NCBI GenBank assembly: GCA_046331705.1
Contig: JAXLQJ010000013.1
Span: 1 to 64,000 of the forward strand
Reading direction: 5' to 3'
Source of the DNA: a bacterium
Lineage (GTDB): Bacteria; JADJOY01
Length of the DNA: 64,000 nucleotides
This document shows positions 52,636 to 64,000 of this stretch, one piece after another. The notes under the pieces were generated by a model. The model did no database searches and was not told where the DNA came from. It saw only the letters and a program-made list of their open reading frames with translations. Each line of letters begins with the position of its first letter. Position 1 is the stretch's first letter. The position numbers were made by a program, and so were the translations under genes.

Positions 52636-54698
52636 GAGCCCGGTCGTGGCGACCGCGATCCCTCTTCGAGGAGCACCGTCGGCTCGAGCAGCAAGAGCGT
52701 GCGCCCCTGACCCACGTCGGCGGCGCCCGCGATGCCGCGCATCCTGGAGACCAGCGGACCCGCATCGCGCACCAGCACGTCCTGCTGGCCCTCCACGGCA
52801 TCCACGACGACGCCAACGCGCTCGCTGCCGAGCGCGAGGATCACGAGCCAGCGCGCTTCGGTCACGCGAGCGCCGCCGCCCACGCCCAAGAGCCGTGCAA
52901 GATCCACCCGCGAGGTCACCCGCTCGGCGGGGTGCTCGCGCTCGCTGCGCGGCGGCTCGCCCTCGGGCGTGAGCTCGACGCTGCGTTCGACGGCGTCGAG
53001 CGGCAGCGCGTAGCTCTGGTCGGCGACGGTCACGATGAGCGCCCGCACGCGGGCCATCGTGAGCGGCACCGTCAAGGTGACGCGCGTTCCCACGTTCCGC
53101 TCGGTGTCGAAACGGATGGTGCCGTGGAGCGCGTCGATCTGGTTGCGCACCACGTCGAGACCGACGCCGCGGCCCGAGACCTCGTCGGCCACCGCGCGGG
53201 TGCTGAAACCCGGCCGGCAGAGCAGCTCGACGAGCTCGTCCGCGCCGGGCTGGGCATCCGCGGCGAGCCAGCCGCGTCGCACGGCCGTCGCGCGAACCGC
53301 GTCCCAATCGACGCCCCGCCCATCGTCCTCGACCGAGACGAGCACGTGCCCGCCCTGCTGACGCGCATCCAGGCGGATTCGCCCGGTGCCGCCCTTCCCC
53401 GCCGCCACGCGCTGCTCCCCGGTTTCGAGCCCGTGGTCGATGGCGTTGCGGATCAGGTGCATCAGCGGATCGGCGAGACCTTCCACGACGCGCTTGTCGA
53501 GGCGCGTGTCCGCTCCGCTGGTCGCCAGCTCGACATCCTTGCCGAGGTCGCGCGCGATGCGCCGCACGGACCGAGCGAGACGCTCGAACAGGCGATCGAG
53601 AGCGACCATCCGTATGTCGAGGATGAGCTCCTCGAGGGTACGCAGACGCCGCTCGAGCAGCTGGCTCGCACGCCAAAGCTCCTCGCCCAGGCGCGCCGAG
53701 ATCTGCCCCGTGCGCGCATCCTCGGCGAGCCGCCCGATCTCGGCTCGGCTGAGCAGCAGCTCGCCGGCGAGGTTCAGCATGGTGTCGAGGCGCGGCAGAT
53801 CGACGCGAATCGCTTCGCGCTCGCCGCCGCCGCGCGGCTCGTCGGCCTTCGTCTCGCTCGCCGGAGGATCGCCCTCCGGCGCACGCGGTGCCACCGGCGC
53901 CGCCACGGCGGGCGGCTCCGCAGCCGGTGCCGTGGCAGGCGCGCGGACGCGCGTCACGCTGCGCCCCTCGGCGCCGAGCGAGGCCATGGCTTCGTCGTCG
54001 CGGAGGCGCGCGCCGACCAGGATCTTGAAGCCGATCCGGTCCCCGCCCATCAGCTCGGTGTCGGGAACCGAGGCGATCACCTCGCCGACGCCGCGCAAGC
54101 TCTCGAGCGTCGCGAGCAGACCGGTGTCGAAGGTCATCAGATCGAAGCCCACCGCCACCAACCACACGCCACGCTCGGACGCCGTGAGGTTCTCCGCCAG
54201 CCGGTGCTGCTCGTACTCGGAGAGGACACCCGTCAGCGCGGGATCGACGGCGAATCGCGCGAAGATGGCGGCGCGATCGATGTCGCGCTCCCCCTCTCGC
54301 AGCCGCGCGATGCGTCGCTCGAGCTCGTCGGCGGCCGCACCTGCGTGCGGATCCCGCTCGCGCTTCTCGAGCAGCGACGCCAAGAGCTCCACACCGTCGA
54401 AGAGCACGTCGAGCAGGTCGCGATCGATGGGCAGGCGCCCGAATCGCAAGCTGTCGAGCAGGCTCTCGAGCTTGTGGCTCACTCCGGCGACCGCCGGGAA
54501 ACCGAACATCCCCGCGAGCCCCTTCAGGCTGTGCGCTGCGCGAAAGATGTCGTTGAGCACGTCCGGCGGCGCCGCCTGGCCGGGCGGGAGCGCGCCGAGT
54601 GTCAGCAGCTTGGCGTTGATGCGCTCGAGCAGATCGCCGGCTTCGACCAGGAACTCGCCCTGGGAATCCGTGGCGGACTTGCGCGGGCTGGGATTCAT
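52632..54698 (-). CDS. cheA: Chemosensory histidine kinase CheA
   Basis: Hpt IFRAAHSLKG; HLIRNAIDHG; DDGRG; PGFST; GRGVGLDVV; C-terminal CheW-like P5. Confidence 0.93.
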   Translation of the reverse strand: MNPSPRKSATDSQGEFLVEAGDLLERINAKLLTLGALPPGQAAPPDVLNDIFRAAHSLKGLAGMFGFPAVAGVSHKLESLLDSLRFGRLPIDRDLLDVLFDGVELLASLLEKRERDPHAGAAADELERRIARLREGERDIDRAAIFARFAVDPALTGVLSEYEQHRLAENLTASERGVWLVAVGFDLMTFDTGLLATLESLRGVGEVIASVPDTELMGGDRIGFKILVGARLRDDEAMASLGAEGRSVTRVRAPATAPAAEPPAVAAPVAPRAPEGDPPASETKADEPRGGGEREAIRVDLPRLDTMLNLAGELLLSRAEIGRLAEDARTGQISARLGEELWRASQLLERRLRTLEELILDIRMVALDRLFERLARSVRRIARDLGKDVELATSGADTRLDKRVVEGLADPLMHLIRNAIDHGLETGEQRVAAGKGGTGRIRLDARQQGGHVLVSVEDDGRGVDWDAVRATAVRRGWLAADAQPGADELVELLCRPGFSTRAVADEVSGRGVGLDVVRNQIDALHGTIRFDTERNVGTRVTLTVPLTMARVRALIVTVADQSYALPLDAVERSVELTPEGEPPRSEREHPAERVTSRVDLARLLGVGGGARVTEARWLVILALGSERVGVVVDAVEGQQDVLVRDAGPLVSRMRGIAGAADVGQGRTLLLLEPTVLLEEGSRSPRPGS

Positions 54699-54794
54699 GC
54701 GCTCCGACCTCACCCCGCAAAACCCCGTAGCAGCGGAGGCGACGCGCAACCTAGCCGGTCGCGTTGCCGTCGGCCACTCTCGGCTGGCGCCGCG

Positions 54795-56387
54795 CTACTC
54801 CGGTCGGATCAGCTCGATCTCGACTCGGCGGTTCCGCGCTCGACCGGCCGGATCGGCATTGCTCGCAACCGGCTCGTCGTCGCCGCGCCCCTCCGCAAGG
54901 ATGCGGCTCGGAGCGACGTTGCTGCGGTCCAGCAACGCACGGCGAACCTGCTCGGCGCGCTCGCGCGACAGCGCGAGATTGGCTCGCGCGTCACCCGACG
55001 CATCCGAGTGACCGGTGAGCCGCACCCGCAGCGAGCGGTCCGAGCGCAACGCTCGGCTCAAGCGCTCGATGGTTGCGCGGGCGTCCGCGTCGGGGGTGCC
55101 GCGGGAGGACTCGAAGTGGATCGGGGGGTAGCTCTCCGCGGTGGCGGTGGCTGCGGAAGGTGCGAGCGGCGAGGGCGGCGGCGCGAGCTCCCGGGGGCGA
55201 ACCTCGGCGTGGGGAGGCGCATCCGGGCAGCCGTCGTCGTCGAGGTAGAGATTGCGAGTCTCGGGCAAACCTGGACAGACGTCTTCCTCGTCCGGGATGC
55301 CGTCGCGGTCCCGATCGTTCTCCGGCTCGGGCTGGACCTCCACGTCCGGCTCGGGCTGCAGCGTCGGGCTCGGCGCCGCTGCGGACTCCGTCTGCGCCAC
55401 CACCGGTGAGATGCCGAACACGGCGCGGATCTCGGGACTGCCGATGCCGGCGTTCAGGCCGAAGCCAACCCCCGTCGTGAGCGCCAGCCCCCGATTGGCG
55501 AGCCCCGCGTGCTCGAACCAGGACTCGCCGATCACCCAGCGCGCGCCCACCAGCGCCTCGAGCGGGCTCGCTTCCTCGTCCGAGAGAAAGCCGTCGAACG
55601 TGGACGAGCCGCGAAGCTCGAGGACGGGCGTGACGGCGAGCGAGGCGATGGGCCACGCGAGCGCGGCTCGCAGGGTCGCTGCGTCACCGAGCCCCTCGGA
55701 TTCGTCGCGAAAGAGGTAGGCGACGTCCAACGCCGCATCCAGCGGCCCGAGCGCAGTCTCGCCGACCGCGCCCAACGTGAACGTCACACCTTCCTCGCCG
55801 AGGAAGTTGCGGGTATCGCCGCTCGGGACGGTGAGCTCGCCGCGCAAGGCCAATCCGGCGCCGCGATCGACTCGCTCCACCAAGGTGAGCTTCGTGCCGA
55901 CTCGAACGTCCCCCACGCCGAACGTGAATTGATCGAGATCGCTCGCGAACGCGACGTTACGGATCGTCGAGAGCGGGACGTCGATGCCGATGTCCCAGCC
56001 GGGCAAGATGCCGACCGCGGCGAGGAGGTCGACCGTGACGAGATCGGTGGTGACGGCGCTGCCCGTGCTTCCGGTGCCGACCGTGCCTTCCGCTTGGATC
56101 GGATCCATCGCGTAGTTCAGGAAGGCTCCGAAACCGAACACACCCTGAGGAAGCGTGACGCTCGAGCTGGTTCCGATCCAGCCGTTGCCGTCGACGACCG
56201 GATGGAACGTCTGGGCGTCCACCCGCGCGCGCGCGACGTCGACGCCAGCGAGGGCGGCGACGAGGCAAGCCCCGGCGCACGCCACGCTCCGAGCTCGTGA
56301 CGGGCGCCAGGGGATTGACCAGCCGCCTTGCGGCTGGCGTCGAGTGGCTGGTCGTGTCACGCACGACCGCGAGGCGGATGCTTCCAC
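54795..56387 (-). CDS. OmpA-family outer membrane protein with N-terminal beta-barrel and TSP3 repeats (TraB-like architecture); true start probably downstream of 56387
   Basis: GDVRVGTK..GELTVPSG barrel; DRDRDGIPDEEDVCP, DDDGCPD; GHSD..NLALSRERA..NRRVE. Confidence 0.85.
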   Translation of the reverse strand: MEASASRSCVTRPATRRQPQGGWSIPWRPSRARSVACAGACLVAALAGVDVARARVDAQTFHPVVDGNGWIGTSSSVTLPQGVFGFGAFLNYAMDPIQAEGTVGTGSTGSAVTTDLVTVDLLAAVGILPGWDIGIDVPLSTIRNVAFASDLDQFTFGVGDVRVGTKLTLVERVDRGAGLALRGELTVPSGDTRNFLGEEGVTFTLGAVGETALGPLDAALDVAYLFRDESEGLGDAATLRAALAWPIASLAVTPVLELRGSSTFDGFLSDEEASPLEALVGARWVIGESWFEHAGLANRGLALTTGVGFGLNAGIGSPEIRAVFGISPVVAQTESAAAPSPTLQPEPDVEVQPEPENDRDRDGIPDEEDVCPGLPETRNLYLDDDGCPDAPPHAEVRPRELAPPPSPLAPSAATATAESYPPIHFESSRGTPDADARATIERLSRALRSDRSLRVRLTGHSDASGDARANLALSRERAEQVRRALLDRSNVAPSRILAEGRGDDEPVASNADPAGRARNRRVEIELIRPE

Positions 56388-56418
56388 GAAGAAGTCAGCG
56401 ACTCGACGATGGTTGAAG

Positions 56419-56493
56419 TGGTGGTCCCAACGGGACTCGAACCCGTGTCTCCGGCGTGAGAGGCCGACATCCTAACCGCTAGACGATGGGACC
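56419..56493 (-). tRNA. tRNA-Glu (CTC)
   Basis: GGTCCCATCGTCTAGCGGTTAGGATGTCGGCCTCTCACGCCGGAGACACGGGTTCGAGTCCCGTTGGGACCACCA; cloverleaf with encoded CCA. Confidence 0.95.
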
Positions 56494-56679
56494 GATGCAG
56501 ATCGCTAGGTACGCAATACGCTCTTCTTTGGCTCGATTCGCTCGGATCGGATCGAGCCCACAGCTTCGGTCGTTCACTCTCGTTCGTGCACTGTCGTTCG
56601 TGTTACCCGTGGTCGTCTTCGTGACTGCGACCCGATCACGGTTCCTTCGAGTCGCGGCGCGTCACCGCCGCGCATCCGG

Positions 56680-56750
56680 CTGGGGGACGAGGATTCGAAC
56701 CTCGGTTACTGGGGCCAGAACCCAGCGTCCTGCCGCTAGACGATCCCCCA
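56680..56750 (-). tRNA. tRNA-Gln (CTG), CCA not fully encoded
   Basis: TGGGGGATCGTCTAGCGGCAGGACGCTGGGTTCTGGCCCCAGTAACCGAGGTTCGAATCCTCGTCCCCCAG followed by CCG. Confidence 0.95.
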
Positions 56751-56835
56751 CAGAAATCGTGCAAGCCGGCTTTAGATACAGAATGCGTCGCTTCGCCGTC
56801 AACCGGGTGCGGCGTCGCGCGTACGCGCGCCGTCG

Positions 56836-58410
56836 TCAAGCCGCGTGGCCCAAGGACGGCGCGAAGAGCACCTTCTCGCGCTCGATCTCCTTCGATGCCA
56901 GCAGATCGAAGTCGGTCCATTCGTCGCCCGTCCAGATCAACGCTCCCGGGATGAACTCGAGCAAGCGCCGGTAGAATCGGGCACGGTGACGCTTGGGGAT
57001 GGTGTCGATGAACGTCATGCGATTGTCGAAGCGCAGACGCTCCACCTCGCGTCGATAGGTCGGCGCCGGCGCCGAACCGCCGTTGCCGTTCCCGAGCATC
57101 CAACCGAAGCGCGCCAAGCGCACGCGAACCTCGTCCACCACCTCGGGATCGTTCTCGGGCGCTTTCAGTCCTTCCCGGAACAAGGCCTTGAGCGCGTCCG
57201 CTCCCAGGCCGACCCGCGCCGGGTCGATCTCGATGCTCAGCAGCTGGGCGGCTGCGCGACGGCATGCCTCGCATTCGCCGCACGCGCTCACCTTGCGCGT
57301 GGTGGTCTTGGGTGTCGGGCATGGCATCCAGCGGCCGAGCCAGTCCGGAAAGCCACGCGCCAGAACCCGCAGTACCGCCATCTCGCCGAGCGGCGCGAGT
57401 GGGCTGAACACGTCGACGGCAGGGCCGCGCTCGAGCAGATAGCGCGTGAGGAGATCGTGGAAGTAGCGCGTGTGCTCGTACCTCCCGCCGTAGTGCGATG
57501 CGCCGTGGAAGGGCTCGGGCAATTGCCCCGGGTAGCGATCCGGCAACGCGAGCAGCCCGATCCCGCGGGCCCGCAGCAGCGGGAGCAGCGCGAAGATCGA
57601 CGCGCCATGCACGTAGCACGCGAAACGCCCGCGACCACGCTTGGGAAGCGGGCCGTTGTGGATCGCACGCACGTGCTCGCCCAGCGAGAGCAAGACCGCG
57701 TCCAGGTTGGTCGCGACCTGGAAGACCGGGAACGCGGATCCAACCAGCCGCGCGGCGACGTCGTCGGCCGCGCGCTGTTCCGCGCCGCCCGTGGACACCA
57801 GCACTCCCGCCACGGGCGCGCCGATGTCCCTGAACACCGCGGCGTTGAGCAGCGCCTCGGGTGCCGCCGTGAGCAGCACGCCGACCGAATCGGGTGTGCT
57901 GCGGCTGCCGATCCGACCCGGCGGCTGAGTCGCGATGTCGAGCTCGACGTCCGCGTAGGTCTTGCGCTTGCGGAAAGCGGGGCGATCACGCTCGGCGACC
58001 GCGGACTGGTGCGGATCGAGAACCCGATTGATCAGGATCTCCTTGCTGATGGCGCGCAGCAGCTGCTCCAGGAACGCGATGTCGAGCGGGTCGAGTGGAA
58101 ACTCGGTCTCGATGCGCTCGGCGAAGAGCCCCATGTTGACCAGCGGCTGGAGTCCGACCATCCGCGCGAGCGCGCTGTCGACCTCCGAATCCGTGCTGAG
58201 GACGTCGTGGTCGAAGCGCAGATCGTACGTGACCGTTTCGGTCTTGCTACCACGTCGAACGAGGCTGTATCCGATGCGAATCCGATTCGTGGATACCTTC
58301 GGCTCGTGCACGACGATCCGATGGATGCCGATCAGTCCTTCCACGCGGCTTGCTCCTTCCAGGTCGCCGAGGACGAGACGGGCCTCTCGACGCCCACCGG
58401 GAATCATCAA
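56836..58410 (-). CDS. Hypothetical protein, probable adenine-nucleotide alpha-hydrolase (QueC/MurL-like) fold with degenerate PP-loop
   Basis: Long intact ORF; GVLLTAAPEALL at the expected SGGKDS position; C-terminal PC..CGECEAC cluster. Confidence 0.6.
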   Translation of the reverse strand: MMIPGGRREARLVLGDLEGASRVEGLIGIHRIVVHEPKVSTNRIRIGYSLVRRGSKTETVTYDLRFDHDVLSTDSEVDSALARMVGLQPLVNMGLFAERIETEFPLDPLDIAFLEQLLRAISKEILINRVLDPHQSAVAERDRPAFRKRKTYADVELDIATQPPGRIGSRSTPDSVGVLLTAAPEALLNAAVFRDIGAPVAGVLVSTGGAEQRAADDVAARLVGSAFPVFQVATNLDAVLLSLGEHVRAIHNGPLPKRGRGRFACYVHGASIFALLPLLRARGIGLLALPDRYPGQLPEPFHGASHYGGRYEHTRYFHDLLTRYLLERGPAVDVFSPLAPLGEMAVLRVLARGFPDWLGRWMPCPTPKTTTRKVSACGECEACRRAAAQLLSIEIDPARVGLGADALKALFREGLKAPENDPEVVDEVRVRLARFGWMLGNGNGGSAPAPTYRREVERLRFDNRMTFIDTIPKRHRARFYRRLLEFIPGALIWTGDEWTDFDLLASKEIEREKVLFAPSLGHAA

Positions 58411-58680
58411 AGAAGACGGCCCTTATCAGGGATTCTTCTTCGCGGCACAAATATTGTAGCGGCGTGGACGCTACCAAGCAACGAAAACCGTCACCGGAGC
58501 TAAGAAGCAACGGCTAGAAACGACCACAAACTCATGAAATAATTGAATAAATACCGCGGCGCGGCGGATCTGGATCGCGTGTAGCCACGCGCGATCGACG
58601 CCGCGCGGCGGCTCGAATGCGACGCGCACCGGCGGGACGGTTCGTGATGCGAGCGCGTCGCTCGCGGGCGCCCGCCCCGG

Positions 58681-59832
<1,152 letters not shown>

Positions 59833-59990
59833 TCATAACGCACTGCATCAAGCATCGAGCACTCGCGAGCATTCAGGCGAAATTTCGTGCGACCGCTGCT
59901 GCGTCAATCGAGCGGAGCGCGGATGAGGGGGCGCTCGCGACGTCGCGGTATTCCCGAGGCCTCGCGTGTCGCGATTCGAACCGGATCAGC

Positions 59991-60092
59991 TCACTTCCAA
60001 TTTCGGCTCTCGTACCAGAAGAGAGCCATGATGAGCAGAAAGCACACCGCGTCGAAGACCAAGTACCACCGGAGGATCGACCACCAAGACAT
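59991..60092 (-). CDS. Putative 33-aa single-pass membrane microprotein
   Basis: Own translation MSWWSILRWYLVFDAVCFLLIMALFWYESRNWK*; below the ORF-track cutoff; co-oriented between ruvA and mreB; no strong RBS. Confidence 0.5.
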   Translation of the reverse strand: MSWWSILRWYLVFDAVCFLLIMALFWYESRNWK

Positions 60093-60176
60093 GCGCTCGA
60101 GCACCGAGATCGACGGCGAGTCTAGTGCTCCACCCGCCAAAGTTCAATCACGTCCTCCACTGCGGCCGCCAAAGCC

Positions 60177-60785
60177 TCAACTCGCCCCAACCTCCCGTAA
60201 TGCCTCGCGAATCCACTGCTGTATCGGCGTATCCGACGCCAGCCGCTGGGCCAGCTCGCGTACCGCGCGCTCCGCTCGCACTCGCGGCATGCCGAGCCGC
60301 ACCAGCGCCTCGAGCGTCTCGTGCGCGTGCCCCGCTCCGATCGGCACCGCAGTGGCGGCACCATCGCCGACCTCGCCGCCGAAGGCCGCGACCCGCTCGC
60401 GAAGCTCGAGCACCAGGCGCTCCGCGGTCTTCCGCCCCACTCCCGGCAACCGCGTCAGGCGCTCCACGTCGCCGCCGGCGATGGCGCGAATCAGCTCCGC
60501 GAGCGGCATGCCCGACAAGATGTGCATCGCATTCTTCGGACCGATGCCGCTCAGCTTGAGCAACGTTCGGAAGAGCTCGCGCTCGACTGTGGTGCTGAAT
60601 CCGTGGAGCTGGATGGCGTCCTCGCGCACCAGCGTGTGCACGTGCAGCACCGCGAGCTCGCCACACTCCGGAAGCTGCGCGAGTGTGGAGGTCGACACGA
60701 ACACGTGGAATCCGACGCCGGCGACGTCGACCACGACGTGGTCCGCGGCGCGCGCCGCGATGGAACCGGAGAGCCGCGCGATCAT
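60177..60785 (-). CDS. ruvA: Holliday junction branch migration protein RuvA
   Basis: MIARLSG, DVAGVGF, VRED..LHGF, SGIGPK, PGVGRKTAERL. Confidence 0.96.
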   Translation of the reverse strand: MIARLSGSIAARAADHVVVDVAGVGFHVFVSTSTLAQLPECGELAVLHVHTLVREDAIQLHGFSTTVERELFRTLLKLSGIGPKNAMHILSGMPLAELIRAIAGGDVERLTRLPGVGRKTAERLVLELRERVAAFGGEVGDGAATAVPIGAGHAHETLEALVRLGMPRVRAERAVRELAQRLASDTPIQQWIREALREVGAS

Positions 60786-61321
60786 CGCTCGAGCCGTCCG
60801 CGCCGCGACCGCAATGCGCTCAAGCGATCCGCGTGAGCGTGACAGATGGCGATGGCGAGCGCATCCGCTGCGTCTGCGCTGGGCGTGGACGGCAGCGCCA
60901 GCAGACGCTGCACCATCTTCGCCACCTGCAGCTTCGTGGCCCGACCGTATCCCACCAGCCCCCGCTTCATCTCCATCGGAGAATACTCGACGACCGGCAA
61001 CCCGCACGAAGCCGCCACCTCGAGGGCGACGCCTCGTCCATGGGCCAGCGTCAGCGCACTCTTGACGTTTCGCGCGTAGAAGAGACCTTCGATGGCCACG
61101 ACGTGCGGCGCCAGCTCCGCGATCGCCTGTGCGAGCGCGCTGCGAATCGTCGCCAGGCGCTGCGGCAACGGGTGGGTGGCGAGCGCGCGCACCGTGCCGT
61201 GCGCCACGTGATGCGCCACGCCATGGCGCACCTCGATCACACCGTATCCGAGCGCGTGCGTACCGGGATCGACTCCGAAGACGCGCAAGGGCGATCTCGG
61301 CGCACCGGATGCCGCGCTCAT
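60782..61321 (-). CDS. ruvC: Crossover junction endodeoxyribonuclease RuvC
   Basis: FGVDPG..GYG, AIEGLF, GYGRATKLQV, DAADALAIAICH. Confidence 0.96.
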   Translation of the reverse strand: MSAASGAPRSPLRVFGVDPGTHALGYGVIEVRHGVAHHVAHGTVRALATHPLPQRLATIRSALAQAIAELAPHVVAIEGLFYARNVKSALTLAHGRGVALEVAASCGLPVVEYSPMEMKRGLVGYGRATKLQVAKMVQRLLALPSTPSADAADALAIAICHAHADRLSALRSRRGRLER

Positions 61322-61370
61322 CGCCGCCTCGCGCACGGCGGCCGAACGATCGACGCCGGTGCCGCCCCCT

Positions 61371-62132
61371 TCAGGCCGATTCCGCGGCGAGCCGATCCAT
61401 CTCCTCGTCCGCGATCTCGAAGTTCGCGTGCACCTTCTGGACGTCGTCGTGATCCTCCAACGCTTCGAAGAGGCGGAGAACCTGTCCGGCCTGGGCACCG
61501 CTCAGCTTGATGGTGTCCTTGGGAATGCGCGTGATCTCGACCGCCGTGGGAGTGATGCCAGCGGCCTCGACGGCCTGGCGTACCGCATCGAGATCCGTCG
61601 GAGCCGTGAGGATCTGCCACTCGCCACCTTCGCTGGTACGTCGCACGTCCTCCGCGCCCGCCTCCAGCGCCAGCTCCGTCACGCGATCCTCGTCGAGAGC
61701 CGGATCCAGCAGCAGCTGGCCACGACGCTCGAACATCCAGCCCACCGAGCCGGTCTCGCCGAGATTGCCGGAATTCTTCGTGAACATGTGGCGAAGCTCG
61801 GCGACGGTGCGGTTTCGGTTGTCCGTCACGACATCGACCATGAACGCCGTGCCGCCGGCCCCGTACCCCTCGTAGCAGACCTCGTCGTACGAGACCCCCT
61901 CGAGCTCACCCGTGCCCTTCTTGATGGCGCGGGTGATCGTGTCCTGCGGCATGTTCGTCGAGCGAGCACCCGCGAGTGCCAGCCTGAGCCGCGGGTTGCC
62001 GTTCGGATCTCCCCCGCCGATCCGCGCGGCGACGGTGATCTCCTTGATGATCTTGGTGAAGACCTTGCCGCGCTTGGCGTCGATCGACGCCTTCTTGCGA
62101 CGAATGGTCGCCCATCTCGAGTGACCGGACAC
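61371..62132 (-). CDS. yebC: YebC/PmpR family protein
   Basis: MSGHSRWATIRRKK, YEGYG, TDNRNRT, LEDHDDVQKV. Confidence 0.96.
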   Translation of the reverse strand: MSGHSRWATIRRKKASIDAKRGKVFTKIIKEITVAARIGGGDPNGNPRLRLALAGARSTNMPQDTITRAIKKGTGELEGVSYDEVCYEGYGAGGTAFMVDVVTDNRNRTVAELRHMFTKNSGNLGETGSVGWMFERRGQLLLDPALDEDRVTELALEAGAEDVRRTSEGGEWQILTAPTDLDAVRQAVEAAGITPTAVEITRIPKDTIKLSGAQAGQVLRLFEALEDHDDVQKVHANFEIADEEMDRLAAESA

Positions 62133-62343
62133 GGAATCCTCCTTCAGCCGTGCGCGTGCGTTGCTGCCAGCGGCGCCGGCATCCCGTCTACGAAACGCGG
62201 CGAGCCGTTTCCGGCGCGCCGTGCGAACTGATCCATGGAACGACCTGCGTACATCCGCGCTCGATCCGCCGAGCGCTCGGCGGTGGCCGGACGGGCGCCG
62301 GACCGGCCGCTCGCCCGCATCGGCGTATGCGACGACGAGGCGA

Positions 62344-63705
<1,362 letters not shown>

Positions 63706-63749
63706 TCACGAGCCTCGAGCACGGGCAACGCGGCAGCCGCGCGTTCGTC

Positions 63750-64000
63750 TCAGCCGCCGCACGCCTTGCGCAACGCCTCGGCGCGATCCGTGCGCTCCCA
63801 AGTGAATTCCTTCTCCCGACGACCGAAGTGACCGAACGCTGCGGTCTTGCGGTAGATCGGGCGCAGCAGGTCGAGCTCCTCGATGATGCCGCGCGGGCGC
63901 AGGTCGAACACTTCCTGGACGGCCTTCTCGATCTTCGCCTCGTCGACTCGGGCGGTGCCGAACGTGTCGACCTTGACCGAAACCGGGCGCGCCACGCCGA
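63750..64000 (-). CDS. metK: S-adenosylmethionine synthetase, C-terminal part (runs off window)
   Basis: [34 protein letters not shown]. Confidence 0.95.
   Translation of the reverse strand, partial: GVARPVSVKVDTFGTARVDEAKIEKAVQEVFDLRPRGIIEELDLLRPIYRKTAAFGHFGRREKEFTWERTDRAEALRKACGG

Noticed and set aside
56400-56800. tRNA pair as an integration site for a mobile element
   Set aside because: No integrase, transposase or duplicated tRNA 3' end was found in the window.

Overview
GC-rich bacterial chromosomal window. MreB, LeuS, MYXO-CTERM-like tails and TSP3/OmpA proteins suggest a Myxococcota/deltaproteobacterial lineage (inference). About 1-46 kb is accessory. It holds a large set of secreted surface proteins (FGE-fold protein, a 231-aa tandem-repeat solenoid, three CSLREA/choice-of-anchor-Q paralogues plus a truncated fourth, a Kelch-like propeller, a PI-PLC-like protein and a beta-helix protein). 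It also holds a heavily frameshifted SauUSI-like PLD-helicase-DUF3427 restriction enzyme, an ABC exporter, a FadR-controlled E2-only acyltransferase locus with visible operators, and two PQQ-like propellers. Three compact operons complete this part: DUF3311-SSS-EhpF/GriC-like-ALDH-like, TPR/AAA-ATPase, and GH31-flavoprotein-UbiA. About 46-64 kb is mostly core genome: murJ, rpsT, lptE, leuS, orphan cheA-cheW-cheW, an OmpA/TraB-like gene, tRNA-Glu, tRNA-Gln, a degenerate PP-loop protein, mreB, ruvA, ruvC, yebC, ahcY and partial metK. The most striking unexplained pattern is a ~16-aa terminal peptide, (F/Y)xxxFESGxxxxW. It is shared by six secreted proteins of four unrelated folds, at either the mature N-terminus or the extreme C-terminus, and may be an undescribed surface-sorting or assembly tag. 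Indels cluster in the first 23 kb and may be sequencing errors. All calls come from motif reading only; no searches were run.
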